Source of the DNA: the human T2T-CHM13v2.0 reference genome, Homo sapiens
Reading direction: 5' to 3' (one strand)
Length of the DNA: 64,000 nucleotides
NCBI RefSeq assembly: GCF_009914755.1
Contig: NC_060934.1
Position numbers and translations under genes: made by a program
The notes under the pieces: model-generated
Databases searched by the model: none
What the model was told of the DNA's origin: nothing
What the model saw: the letters and a program-made list of their open reading frames with translations, nothing else
Shown: one piece after another, positions 1-14,820 of the stretch
Layout of the letters: the number at the start of each line of letters is the position of its first letter
Numbering within the stretch: the first letter of the stretch is position 1

Positions 1-61
1 AAAAAAAGTGGGGAGAACCAGGTTATCTAGTTAGCAAAATAGAGTTTAAGAGGGACCATCT

Positions 62-376
<315 letters not shown>

Positions 377-519
377 AGAAGAGAGACCTTTTGTACACAC
401 CTTTGGTCTCAATTCCTAAGAATCAGTTTAGCAGTTATTATTTTAAATGTACATCGTAACTGTAAAAATGTTTCATATTCTCAGCCACTTGGTGTTCAGG
501 AATTCAGAAGGTAGTGAGA

Positions 520-760
520 CATAAGTTCTGCAGTCAGAGTTGGGTTCAAGCTCTGGCTCCGCTATTTACCACGAAGTTGGGCAAGATTTACCACGAAGTT
601 GGGAAAATGTTTTGTAAGTAACAGTTTCCTCACCTCCTTCCTAGAACTGTTAAGGCAATTAAATGAGATTTAAATTAGATAATACAATATGTAAAGACAT
701 AGCACAGTGCCTGCCACAGAGTGAGGACTCAAAAGATCTGAGCTATCTTAATAATTGTTA
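520..760 (+). mobile_element. MIR, degenerate
   Basis: gggttcaagctctggctcc...aaatgaga...tgtaaag...agcacagtgcctg core; boundaries approximate. Confidence 0.65.
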
Positions 761-1297
761 TTCTTTTTTTTTTTTTTTTGAGATGGAGTCTTGCTCCATC
801 TCAAAAGTGGAAGTGAAGTGAAGGGACACTGTTAAACCTTCAAAATCAGAAATTTATAAGAATGCTCTGAGAGTCATGAAGAGACTAGAAAAATATTTTC
901 TTCTTCATAAAGATGGAAAATCTTTAAAGATGAAAGTTTGTGGGAGGCTGGATCTCAGGCAGTTTCTGCCCAGAATTCCCTGACCTAATCTTTCTCCTTA
1001 GAACCTCTCTTGGCTCTCTTGCTATATGAACACACGGCTCTTTCCATGGCCATCATATAATGGTAGAAAGTCCTCTGTATCAGCGTGGTTATAACCAAAT
1101 GCTCCTTATGTCCTGAGATGGAATATCTTGCCCATCCCTATGTCCCAGATGTTCCCTATGTTCCCTATGTTCCATTCACCCTATGTCGCCAAGTATCCAC
1201 AATCATTGAAGAGCTGTCATCATTGGGTAGAGAGCCCCATGTTGATGACTCCCAAGCTGAAGCCTACATTACAATAAGATGACAAGTATGTACCAGC

Positions 1298-1661
1298 TGA
1301 TATGGTTTGGCTGTGTCCCCATCCAAATCTCATCTTGAACTGTAGCTCCCACAAATCCCCACATGTTACTGGAGGGACCCAGTGGGAGGTAACTGAATCA
1401 TGGGGGTGGGTCTTTTCCATGCTATTCTTGTGATAGTGAATAAGTCTCACAAGATCTGATGGTTTTATAAAGGGCAGTTCTCCTGAACATGGTCTCTTGC
1501 CTGCCTCCATGTAAGAGGTGACTTTGCTCCTCCTTCTCCTTCTGCCGTGATTGTGAGGCCTCCTCAGCCATGTGGAAATGTGAGTCCATTAAACCTCTTT
1601 CCTTTATAAATTACCCAGTCTCAGGTATGTCCTTATAGCAGTGTGAGAACAGACTAATACA
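1298..1661 (+). mobile_element. THE1 solo LTR (ERVL-MaLR)
   Basis: tgatatggtttggctgtgtcccc...gactaataca with a 5-bp TSD ccagc on both sides. Confidence 0.95.
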
Positions 1662-1737
1662 CCAGCCACTAGCCTTTGCGTGTATTTACATATACAACTC
1701 CTGTCATGCTTACCAGGACCTTATGCATTAGCTAAGA

Positions 1738-2158
1738 TGTACTAGTTTTCTGGGGCTTCTATTACAAAGTATCGTAGACTGGGTGGCTTACACAACAGAA
1801 ACTGTCTCACAGTTCTGGAGACTAGAAATTCAAAGTCAAAGAGTGCAGAGTCGGTTCCTTCTGAGGGCTGTGAGGGAGAATCTGTTCCATTCCTCTCTGC
1901 TACTCTCTGGTAGGTTCAGGCCTTTCTTGGTTTGGAGATGGTTCTCTTGTGTCTTTATGCCATTTTTACCTATGCATGTCCATCTCTGCATCCAAATTTC
2001 CCTTTTTTTAACGACATCTCATGTTAGGTTAAAGCCTACCCTCATGACCTCATCTTAACTTGATGGTCTGTTAAGGTGATCCAAATAAGGTCACAGTCAC
2101 AGGTACTGGCGATTAGGACTTCAGCGTCCTTTGTGAGGACACAATTCAATGCATAACC
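1738..2158 (-). mobile_element. MLT1-type LTR
   Basis: tgtactagttt...gactgggtggctta...tctcacagttctggag...ggacacaattcaa. Confidence 0.8.
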
Positions 2159-2251
2159 AGAAGAAAGGAAATTACCTGACAGTGGGGCAAGACGACTTCT
2201 CAAGAAAAGAAGGAAACACAACTGGTATAACAACAAATGAAAAGAAAATGT

Positions 2252-2565
<314 letters not shown>

Positions 2566-2789
2566 GAAAATGTAAGAGAACAATCAGTAACCATGAGACT
2601 GGATTTATACGATTATGTTTCTTGGGGAAATGGTATTCCCAAGAAACTCGGGGGATTTCAGATTATTGTGTTCTCAAAACCCCTCAAGAATTCCTTTAAA
2701 TTTTATTGCCAATCTCAGGCTTAATGACTAGGAATGGAGACTCCTAAGTCCTTTCACTGTGCGGTTTTATTTTAATCATATGTATATAA

Positions 2790-3092
<303 letters not shown>

Positions 3093-3214
3093 AAGTTTAT
3101 CTACCTCAAGAAAAATCCCTCTTACTTCTGAAAAGCCTGGTTCCCTCCCTCTGGGGGACCCTCCTGGAACCCCTGGCATGCTATGGTCCACTTGTTTGCC
3201 ACTGCTGCTGGCCT

Positions 3215-3332
3215 ATGAGCTCCACAAAGGGAAGACTCATAGCCACCTTTCTCATGACTGTATCCCCAGGTCCTAGCATGGTGACTGTCACATAGTAGGA
3301 GCTCAGTATATAATAGTGAAATGAATGAAATA
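3215..3332 (+). mobile_element. L2 3' end
   Basis: tgtatccccag...cacatagtaggagctcag...atgaatgaa. Confidence 0.7.
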
Positions 3333-3546
3333 AAACAATCCCCCTCACGCCCCTTCTTCTGTGTGTATTATGACATTGCCGTCAGGACAAAAAACCCAGA
3401 AATACCTGAGAAAAGTATAAAGCCTGAGAAAAATATTGATAGCATTAAGCCTCTTATCCAAGGAGCATTCTGCCTTCCCACCTTTCCTAAAGCTACACTC
3501 CAAACTCTTCTGTATCTGGGTTTAATCAGCAGAAATCTGGCTAACT

Positions 3547-3850
<304 letters not shown>

Positions 3851-4532
3851 AATCATCTAACTACAGGTTCCCAACTACAAGCTGACTGTAATTGAGTAAA
3901 CTGGTATTAAAGATTTCTAGCAAAAAACTGTTCATTTTGTAACAGTATTCCAGGCTTCATTCTATCTCCAAACATGGAGAGGAAACACATGAAAGTTGGT
4001 GAGTAAAATCTAGGTGAAATACAACTGACAATAGAAAAATACTCACTTGAATTTGCATGGTTTCCTGATGGTTAAAAATCAACCATTCTTTTTTAATTCC
4101 TTTAGTTCCTTTACACACATCTAGGTCATATCAATCAAATAAATGTTTTAAAGTGGCATAAAATCAAATCACTTTAATTAGGTATTTCTTTCATTTTATT
4201 TCTAATCCTTTTTTTTTCCTCATTCTCCAGCTAAGCAAAAACATGAACGTTCTTAGCAAACAGGTTTTCAAACAGGGTTTTAGAGCAGAAATAATTAGTA
4301 CCAAGTAATATTTTGAAAGAATGATGAGTTTTCATTATTGTTTTCATTCTGACTGAACTAACTACATTAACCTGTTGGCAAATTTATTGAACAATCATAT
4401 AATTGTTTTCTGACTTCATTTCTAAAGCATGTCTCGTTAAGCTAAACTAATCTTTATCGCCTTTGAAACCACGGATTCTTTTTCAAGAAGTCTTCCACAG
4501 CTGACTCTTTCTTATTTCTTTCAGTAGTCTAG

Positions 4533-4730
4533 GGCAGTGGTCTGTAAACTAATGCCTGCTGCCTGTGTTTGTAAATGAAGTTCTGTTGAAAGCAGCCATG
4601 TCCATTTATTTATGTATTGTCTACGGCTGCTTTTGTGCTATAATCTCAGACTTGAGTAGTTGCAGCAGAGACCATTTGGCTCACAAAGACTCAAATATTT
4701 ACTATTGTGCCCTTCACAGAAAAAGTATGC
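4533..4730 (+). mobile_element. MER58A-like hAT DNA transposon remnant
   Basis: tttgtaaatgaagtt...cagccatgtccattt...ttgagtagttgcagcagagacc...aaatatttactat...cttcacagaaaaagt. Confidence 0.8.
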
Positions 4731-4984
4731 TTTAGGCTAATCACACAAAGCATTCAAATCTTGTATTTCTTAGCTGTTTGCTCTATAAACATCTTATTCA
4801 TTGGTTTCATCTGTGTACCATTTCCTTGAGTTTGTTAGAAAGTTCCCTAGGGTTAGATTGTCTTTTTATTTTCTTTTTTAAACCAAGAATAAAGTATTTC
4901 AGGTTAACTGAGCATAATAATTTTATTTCACTGAGTCTCAGTGCATGTCTATTCATGCCAATACCACTGGTACTGCATAGAAGC

Positions 4985-5200
4985 TATGGTGGATTATATC
5001 ATTGGCTGAATTTATCACCCCTCCTTATATCCATGCCCTTTGCCATGTAACTTTGAATGCCCTCTCACTTTGAGACTGGAATTGATGATGTGACTCATCT
5101 GGCTTATAGAATAAAGAAGTGACAGTGTGCCAGTTATGAACTTAGCCGTCAAGAGGTCACGCATATTTCTACATGCTGTCTTGCCCTTCTGTGTCAGCAT
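4985..5200 (+). mobile_element. Old MLT1-type LTR fragment
   Basis: atccatgccctttgccatgtaactttg...aagtgacagtgtgccagtt. Confidence 0.55.
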
Positions 5201-5406
5201 GATGAAAAAGAAAGAAAGAAGGAAAGAAAGAAAGAGAAAGAAAGCAGCATGACACCAACCATATGTCTCATCAAACCTAAAATCTTACTATCTGGCTCTT
5301 TACAGAAAAAGTGTGCTGCCTGCTCTTCTGAGGGCTTGCCAGACCCCTGTTGTTTGCTATTAATTTTCTCCCCACCAAACAGGCCAAGTTAGAAACCTTA
5401 AACCTT

Positions 5407-5714
<308 letters not shown>

Positions 5715-6239
5715 TTAAACCTTTTAATAAATTGCATGTTTATTCAACCATGAAACATAAAAATGCAAAATGTCTCATTGGGAAATGTCACATTCTGGAA
5801 CAGAAATGCCCCAGTTTTCGTCATCCTAAGAAGTCAGGCCAGAAAAACTCTATACTCTTTGGCTCTCTCATTCCTTTGTCTCCCATTCATGCGAGAAGAC
5901 ACTATCTGCCTTTTAAAACTAGGAATATGGATTACTTTGATGAAAATAAAATAGATAAATAAAACAGCTAATAGTTGTTATCCCCTAATTTTGGGCAGCG
6001 GTCAAAGGGAGCTTTTGCCTCTCATGTAGTGTTTGAAATTTTTACAATGAAAGCCTATTCTTACATGATTTTTATAATTAAAAATAAGCAAAACACACAG
6101 ACATAAAACTAAAATAAAATTACCAAACTAGAATCAAGGCCTTGGATTCATAGCACTATTCAACGATATAAATAATTTGCAAGAATCTGAATCTCCCAGA
6201 TGGAACTCTTAATTGCCAATTATATAACCCATTCATTAT

Positions 6240-6460
6240 TACGCGGGAGGCACTGTGCCATGAGTCTTATAGATATTCTCACTTCATCCTCACAATCTTA
6301 TAAAGCAGACAGTATTGTTATCTCTATTTTACAGATGTGGAAACTGAGGCTTAGAGAAGTTGAGAAATTTGGCCAAGATTACACAGCTAGTAGGTGTCCA
6401 AGCTGCCATCTGACCAAATCTCTCTGCTTCTAGAGCTCAAGCACTTCACCAGTGCATCAT
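6240..6460 (-). mobile_element. MIR
   Basis: attttacagatgtggaaactgaggcttagagaagtt core. Confidence 0.8.
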
Positions 6461-7239
6461 GCTCAAAAGGAGCATGCTTTCCTTCTACAAGTCCATAGTT
6501 ATGCATTTATATTTGTTAAAATCACTTTGAAATTTACCAAAGAACAATCATGTTAGCAAGGGGAAAATAAATCCCCAATCCTCTGTGGCTCTGGCAGTGT
6601 GGAAGGGGCAGAAATGGTTTCTGAGGACAAGAGGCACCCTTCCTTCATACTGGAGCCATGGTGACCCATGCTCAGATCTGCCCCTTCTAACCAGCGAGGT
6701 CATCTATATCCCGAAGGATCCCCCGGGCCTTCCCTAGCCAGCTTTCTAACATCTTTAGATGATGACATCCTCTCACATCATTTATCCCAACACTTGCATT
6801 CTCCACTCTTGCTCAGGTCATTACATAATGTCTCATGTTGGTTAGTTGCCCATATATGCCAGTGGACCTTCCAGGATTATCATTCTAAATGACAGAGATT
6901 TATTCTGAACAGTCCCTAGCATGGTGCCTGCCACCTGTTGAAAAGTGCTTGTAAATTAATTACAGCAGAATGTTACTTAACAGCTCCAATGCCAAGTATA
7001 GGGATGGCTCTATGACTCACCAGGAGACCCTCCCTGATGAAGCTACCAATTAGAGACAGACTATTACAGTGACAGTCACTCTAAATGTAAAAAAATAAAG
7101 ATGTGGGTGGGGCCAAGAGCCACAATCAGTGAAGTGGCTGATTAATCCATGAATCTGCAGGTACATTTAGCTAGTCATACAACCAGCATTACCTTATATA
7201 TGGAAAATGGGGCTACCAGACCATTTTAGCCATTTTATA

Positions 7240-7548
7240 TATTTTTTATTTTAATTTTTATATTGAGAGAGAGAGTTTTGCTCTTTTTGCCCAGGCTTGA
7301 GTGCAGTGGCACGATCTCAGCTCAACGCAACCTCCGCCTCTTGGGTTCAAGTGATTCTCCTGCCTCAGCCTCCTGAGTAGCTGGGATTACAGGCGTGTGT
7401 CACCATGCCTGGCTAATTTTGTATTTTTAGTAGAAATGAGGTTTCACCACGTTGGCCAGGCTGGTCTCGAACTTCTGACCTCAAGTGATCTGCCCGCCTC
7501 AGCCTCCCAAAGTGCTGGGATTATAGGCATGAGCCATCACGCCTGGCC
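7240..7548 (-). mobile_element. Alu (AluS-like)
   Basis: Antisense full dimer. Confidence 0.95.
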
Positions 7549-8486
7549 TAAACCATTTAAAAATAGTCACCAGGGATGTGCTTCCCACAAAATAATGCCA
7601 CCCCATGAACATGCTGGCATTTTCCCAAGAGCACTGTGTATACTACATCCCCTTCTAACTCTCTACGCCACTTCAATTCACATGACAGCAGGACATATGT
7701 TTCCCAGGCAAAATATTACAAAGAAGAGTGATAGCAGGCTTGGGGAGTTCCTGTTCCAGGAAGATATTCAAGGTACCCTGGTGTGGTCACAAGCCTGGGG
7801 AGCCTATGACTCAGACAGAAGCTCCTAAGACTCAGTCTATTGCTGACTGTTTTATGGAAATCCAGTGCCCAATTCTCCGAGCATGCTGCCTGCTCCCACT
7901 CCTGGGGCACGTTCCTGGCAATGTCATGCTCTGATTGACCCACTGGTCACCGACTGTGGCAGCGCTCATTTGCAGTGGCAGCTGTGACTGCCTTTGGAAG
8001 CAGGAAAACCTGTCTGGCATTTCCATTCTCTCATATGAAACCTAAAAGTAGTGCTAATCGGCACGATGCATTTTCCCTCTTTTTGGAAATGAATGACATT
8101 TAGTGATAAGTCTTGTAAAATCCCAATATTCTGAATTGCTATCCTGGCTACCACCCCAATATTTAAACTATGTTAACGATGGAGACATACATGTCAGCAG
8201 TCAGATTTTAATATAAAATTAACGGCTGACTATCTCAAAGTCCTAAATTACTATTAATTGTAAACAAACACTAGCTCTAAGTATATCCTTTAGAGCAGAA
8301 GGTTGTAAGTCACTGTATCAAAGTCTTAAATCAGCAGCCACCTAACTAGCTAATGCTTTCAAGCTGTGCCAGGAGAGAAAGGACAGGATGATCTTCTCTT
8401 ACTAAAGAGAGATGGATGAACAGCTGCAAGCTTTGCTGTTGTTTTAAAACATCCGGGAACCAGCTACTGAGAATAATAAATAAAAT

Positions 8487-11331
8487 GTAAGCAGGGTCAG
8501 ACTTATTTATTACATATCCTTTCAAAATATCCTTTTGTTTAAAAAAAGCTAATTAAAAGTATTGCCCATATTCCCTATAGAGAGTACATTTAAAACAATG
8601 CAGAGTAGCAAAACCCCTTATGTTCCAAACATAAGGTGTGCCTGTTTTTAAGTCTTGGAATAATTTGCCAACTTCCAATTTAATTATGACTGAGCTTCAA
8701 GTCAACTGCTGAGTGTTCTAGAGATACGGTTTCTGTAGATTCCAGCTGGTAGCAAGTGGAAAGACTCCAAATACCTTAAAAATATGCCACGGAGTAGAAG
8801 GGAGGAGAGTAGTTAAAAAACAAGGAAGAGAAAGAACGTTGTTCTTTCTGGCTTGACCACTAAAAATATAATTAGATGTATCACTTACTCTGTTTACTTA
8901 CAGTCTCTCTGCGTGTAAGATTTCTTCCAAAACCTGCCCTATCTTTCTGGAAAGCCAAACTAAAATCCACTCTTTGTACAGTACAAGAAAAACAGAGGAC
9001 TTTAAATTCATTTAAATAAAGACATCTAGACATCTTGAGATATTCTAATTTTATCACTAGGACCCCATTCAGTTGGAAAAGACATAGCATCATAGTTTTC
9101 CACTCTAAATGTATCAGGAATACACGAATGCATTCTAATTAATATGCATAGTGTCCTTATTAAAATTCAAATTCTATATTTGAGGAAAGTCCAGAATGTC
9201 AAAGAATCTTGTGTAAACCTGAGGTGACGTTATCCTTTAGAAAGAACAGGGGAGGGCTGTTCTTGGCTGACCACCCACGTGGGGCCATCGTCCACTTTAA
9301 GTTTTCCTATTCTAATGTTTGTCAACTTTCGTCTTTCCAGTAAACGTCCAAGGCAGGTCAGTGAGGAATAGGAAACCACATTACTGGACTTTTAAATCAG
9401 CATAGTCTTTCAAAATCATGCTCATTTACAGGAGAAAACTGTGTGGCATAAAAAGTCACCATGAATTATTCATCAGTTACAGCGTGTGCCAACCTCAGAT
9501 TCCTTTGTACCTCGTAACAAGTGTATACATGTGAAGTGTAGCAGACCCGGCTCCCCAGTCCTACCAGTCCTGGGTACAAAGGCAAACCCAAGCTCACCGG
9601 AGGTCCTGCGAAACAGAGAAGAGTGGCGAGATTGGAAGTGAAGGAGGGAGGGGGCCCAGCCTACCTGCCGTATCTGGAATTACCCACGAGTCTACTCTCC
9701 AGGAACCAAAATAAGTTACACTCTCTTATCTTAAGGGGTCCAGTATCAAAGGAATCAGCAACCGATCGCCACAGTCCCTAGGTTTCAATGGAGCAGCCTG
9801 TGAGACTGCGTGGGGCCACCCTCTGCAGTTCTGTTGGACGTGGTGTTGGCTGTCGGCCCCTGGGGATGCTGAGCAGGACCAGCCGGGGCACTCCTGAAGC
9901 CAGCCAGCCTCACCACGGAACAAACTCTCCCATCAAACACAACTGTAGGGAAAGCATCCTAGAGATGACATCCAAACTCAAACAAAATGCCCAGAAATAG
10001 GATCACAGGTGTTTGCCCACAGTCACTGAAGATGCCTTTTAATGTGCCCAAAGGACCAACCTACTGTTGGTTGAGTTGAGCTGGGCTACTGCTACAAAAG
10101 AGTCATGTCGATTTTAACATCCTGTTATATTAAGAATATATGTAAATATGTTGACAAATAAGATGTGCATTTTATACAGATATGTACTATCACAGAAATA
10201 GATTGTAAAACAATCTTTTACTTATTATCATAAGTGTAAAACAATTTTATCAAATGGAAAAGCCCTGCATCTTTCCTCATCTTTAAAGACACGGTCGACC
10301 CCAGACAGAATATATGCTGACTTTACAAAATGGACGGTCTAACCTTTGTAGTCTCCCATGGTGTGATGAGGGTCCGTGAGCTCAGTCATTTCCAAGGTCA
10401 TTAACATGCACAAAGCTCCAGGGTTTCAGCTTTTCTTCACTAGGCATCTGGCACACAGAAAGGCTGCAACACTCCTCAAAGGAGAGGCTGGGGCCCTGGC
10501 TCTCCTCCCAGGAGTCTGTGGGCTGAACTGGACCCGAGGGAGGGGTGTGCCACCGGTGGGTGTGCCACAGCCAGCGCAGGAAGAATGAGGAGTTTCCTGA
10601 GTGACTCTGGCTCCTTCCTCATGTACAGATTCTGCATCCCCTTCTTCTCTCGACCCTGCCCCTACCACTTCTAAAGAGACCCCTTGCAAAAGCACATCAG
10701 CTCAATGACGCCACACCCACTGAAAACACTCGTTTCTGGGAAGCCACTATTAGAACACGCCAAGAATGTTCCTAGGATTTTCCTGCATTCTGCACAATCC
10801 AGAATCCAGATTTTGATCACTATCATTTCACAATAACTGAAACACATGAAATAAAGAAAGAAAAGGATCGATTATTCCCCAGCCTTCTGCCTCCTCTTTT
10901 TCCTTAATGAATTACTATCTCAACCAGATGGGCTTTTAATTATTTTCTTCACTACTAGAATTTTTAAAAAATGCTATAACTTGGAGAGGCTTCTTTTACT
11001 AACAGCCTGATTATTCATTATGGCTTTGGAAACAGTTCCCTGACAAACTCCTGGTATGAGACAAGCCGTGGACTTTGAGCCTTTTTATATTAGGTATACA
11101 AGCTGTCTGAAAACAATGACCTCATCCGGAAAGACTCAGGAAAGAGGCATTTTTTTCCTTTCGTCAGTAATGCCCTGATGTTGGGCTGGATTATCCACCA
11201 CCCACAATCCAACTTTTCTCACAGTTATTTTTGAACACCGGGAATTTTGCATATTGGAAAAGTTATGAAGACAGTTTAAATGGAAAAAGACCCTTAGGAC
11301 AAATATCCTTGGCATCAGATACACACATTGG
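8487..11331 (-). other. Putative terminal exon/3'UTR of an unidentified minus-strand gene
   Basis: About 2.8 kb with no recognisable interspersed repeat and relatively many CpGs. Minus-strand acceptor tttcctcctatttcttag|CC at 11333-11332, with ctcac about 40 nt upstream. It ends in TGTAATAAA followed by a U-rich tract. Possible C-termini: phase 1 xNVCI*, phase 0 PMCVSDAKDICPKGLFPFKLSS*. Confidence 0.55.
8506..8511 (-). terminator. Putative polyadenylation signal AATAAA
   Basis: Minus strand reads atgtAATAAAtaagtctgaccctgcttacattttatttattatt: a TGTA motif overlapping the hexamer and a U-rich downstream element. Confidence 0.55.
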
Positions 11332-12279
11332 CTAAGAAATAGGAGGAAACTGGCATAATTGCTTTAAATGTGAGGGTAAAACATTTAATTCCTCCAATAA
11401 AGATGTAACCAGCAGCACCCGTTGTGAGATATTAATTTAATGTAAGGCCTATAATCAATCCTCTGGAAAACAAGACTATTTGAAACACATTGGCCAAATG
11501 CAAAGTTTGATTAATTGAAGAGTCCTGGCTTACTCTCTTCCCCAGCTAAGTGGCTTTTTTATTTTGTTTTGAAATGACTCGGGTAGACAGCCATCCTCAT
11601 GGGTCACCCTATGTGCCCTTCCCCTGGTCCAGGCTACTGCCTGGAACTTGGTGCCTCTGATAACGTCCTCCTGACTTGGCTGTAGCACCAGGCGCCAGAC
11701 AAAGAATCACAACTGGATTGCTCGTTGATAAAATGCTTGCCATTTGCAGAGCTGTCATGTGTCAGCTGCTGCCAAAGGCCAGTCGCATCAACTGAAATCT
11801 TCTGATTACACCTAATGCCTTGCATTCTCATGATAGTGATTCCATATTTTAGCCTAATGTGTTTTTTGTTAGTGTCTTGGGATTTTTACCATAAGGATGG
11901 AAGTCTTTCATCGTTGCATTCTTTATTCTTGTTAGCCTGCATTTAAAATGTAATGGAGGCTAGTTTTTCCTACTCCTTTAAATCTCGAAGTATTATTCCT
12001 ACTTGATATTAAATGAGAGAAGAAACCAAGTACAGAGCTACAGCTATTTTCAGGGGCTAAAATAGGGTGCTAGTTTAAAAATAACCTGCATTGCATTGGT
12101 TCCTTGCCTTTTACAAGGCAGGACAGGGGCAAAGTGGGGGAGCAGGCAATCCAATATTGAAACTTTGATTTTTTTGAATGTTAAGCAATAAAGTGATTCT
12201 TTCCTAATCATAGTCCTCCAAATTTGACTTGTGTTAGTTGAACCACAATTTGGTTGATGATTTATTATAGTCAAGAAAC

Positions 12280-12590
12280 TGGCCAGGTGTGGTGACTCAT
12301 GCCTGTAATCCCAGCAGTTTGGGAGGCCGAGATGGGAGGATAGTTTGAGCTCTGGAATTTCAGACCAGCCTGGAAAGTATTGCAGGACCTTGTCTCTACT
12401 AAAAATTAAAAAAAAAATTAGGCAGGCATGGCGGCCTGCACCTATAGTCCTAGCTACTCAGGAGGCTGAGGCAGGAGGATTGCTTGAGCCCAGAAGATTG
12501 GGGCTGCAGTGAGCCATGATCACACCACTGCATGCCATCCTGGGTGACAGGGTGAGACCCCGTCTCAAAAAAAAAAACAAAAACAAAAGA
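12280..12590 (+). mobile_element. Alu (AluJ-like)
   Basis: Dimer with gaggattgcttgagcccag, a J-type feature. Confidence 0.9.
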
Positions 12591-12639
12591 GGTGAAACCA
12601 ACTGCCTAGAAACTTGTTTAAAATGCACAATTTTCTTTC

Positions 12640-12980
<341 letters not shown>

Positions 12981-13909
12981 TCAAACAACCACTTTCTAAT
13001 TAAATAGCAATGGAGCTTATACCATGTCATTTTGAAATCAGAGACACGGTTGTGTGTTCCTTATCTTAAAAACACAGAGCAGAAATCTTTCCCAACCACG
13101 CTTCTAGAACCCTTCACAGGAAAGTGACCGTCACTTAGCAAAACAAATACAAATGCTTAAAATTGCATCTTCACCTGTATTTGAGAAATGCTTAATTAAA
13201 TATTGTTAAACAGTTTTCTTAACCATGGACTTACTATGTATTAATATGCAAGTGTGCCTGTAACTAAGAGATAAATAAGATAAGAAGCATTTCCTGAATT
13301 TATTCAACCAGAGAACCCCCAACCCAGTACAACTATGAACTTTTCACAAAACAGAGCTTGGAAAACATTTCTCTGAGGAAGGAGAGGGCTAGAAAGGGTT
13401 TTAGAGATAATTTCCATCACAGTTTCAAAGATAAGAAGTTTCAAAGCCAAAAATTTAGGGACTTGCCCAAGGCCAGCAGAGGATATATAAGGAGAACAAT
13501 TCTCTTCTGCCTTGCAACATTTTGAATGGCTACAATAGGCCAACATGTTTGGCTCTGTTTGCAATTAAGGTATGACCGATAGTGATGCTGTCGTACCCTG
13601 GTAACACAGATGCTGCTGTGTTCTTAGGCAAACAGGATACCTTACAACAGATTATGTTAAAAGACCTCGCCTAGGCCTGCTTTGCAATTACAGAATAGGA
13701 GACAAAGCTTACCACCATGTAATTTATGACAGGGCTGAGAGTGAAAAATAGCAGATATCAGTAACAAAACATTCAGAGGGCCTTGGCCTCATCTTTTAAA
13801 CTAAGCAGAAGAGACAGAAACTTGAAGCAAATTGAATTCCACATGAAAAATGATTCCTTTGGGAAAGATAAAAACTAAATTTCTTAAAAGGTCAGATTCA
13901 ATAAGGAAG

Positions 13910-14517
13910 AAGAAACTTCTAGACTTTATCTAGAAAGGCACAGGAAAAAAGTAATGATTTGGCATTTTCCCTGAACTTGTCTTCCAATTATATTCAATTA
14001 TAAGCCCAAATCATTGGTCCCATCCCAAGCTCAGCTATACAACTTTGTTGGAGAGCAGTTTCCAGAACTATTAGGTTGGGGCAAAAGTCATTGTGGTTTT
14101 TGCCGTTGAAAGTAATGGCAAAAAATGCAGTGACTTTTGTCCCAACCTAATAAAAGGAGTGTGCAGTTCACCACACACTTAAACAGAAAGCTTAACCTAG
14201 AAATGGTCCTTATAGCACACAACTACGTCCTCCGTGCTAATATTCATTCCAATTTCTGCTTATAATTTCCAGGTGGGTCCCATGAAATTATTTTTGTGAC
14301 TGGAAATGAAACTTCATGAGCTTTTCTGTTATCAACCCCTATTACATACGGTCCCTAAGTGCATTCCGCTTCTAATTATTCTTTTTATATGAAAAAACTC
14401 ATGTAATCAAGAAACGTCTAGACTTTATCTAGAAAGGCACAGGAAAAAAGTAATGTTTGTCATTTTCCTGAACTTGTACGCCAATGATATTCAATTATAA
14501 GCCCAAATCATTGGTCC
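13910..14517 (+). repeat. Dispersed direct duplication of about 110 bp (13910-14020 and 14409-14517)
   Basis: Manual alignment gives 6 substitutions and 2 single-base indels. Confidence 0.95.
14071..14150. mobile_element. MADE1 (Hsmar1-derived 80-bp MITE)
   Basis: ttaggttgg...ccaacctaa with 37-bp inverted arms, a 6-bp spacer and TA on both flanks. Confidence 0.95.
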
Positions 14518-14569
14518 TATAAACTTCATAAACTGCAAAGCTTCATAAACTGCAAAGACAATGGCCTCA

Positions 14570-14820
14570 TTATTGTTCATAGCTCACATTGACCGAGGGC
14601 TCACTCTCTGTAGGCATTGAACAAAGATTCCCTCATTGATTTCTTATAACCCTCTAGGACAGGGACCATCATCGTCTCCATTTTAAAGATGAGGCAATTA
14701 AAGAAAAGTTGAGAAGTTAAAGAAATTGCCCAAAGTCACTCCGCTAACAAGGAGTACAGTTGGGATTTGGACATAAGCAGCTAGAATCAGAGACTGTGCC
14801 CAGGATGCTAAAACTATTCT
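14570..14820 (-). mobile_element. MIR
   Basis: ccattttaaagatgagg...agaagttaaagaaattgcccaaagtcac...gggatttg. Confidence 0.7.

Noticed and set aside
10426-10695. 89-aa minus-strand ORF inside the putative last exon
   Set aside because: GTG start, no recognisable homology, and it lies downstream of stops in all frames from the 11331 acceptor.
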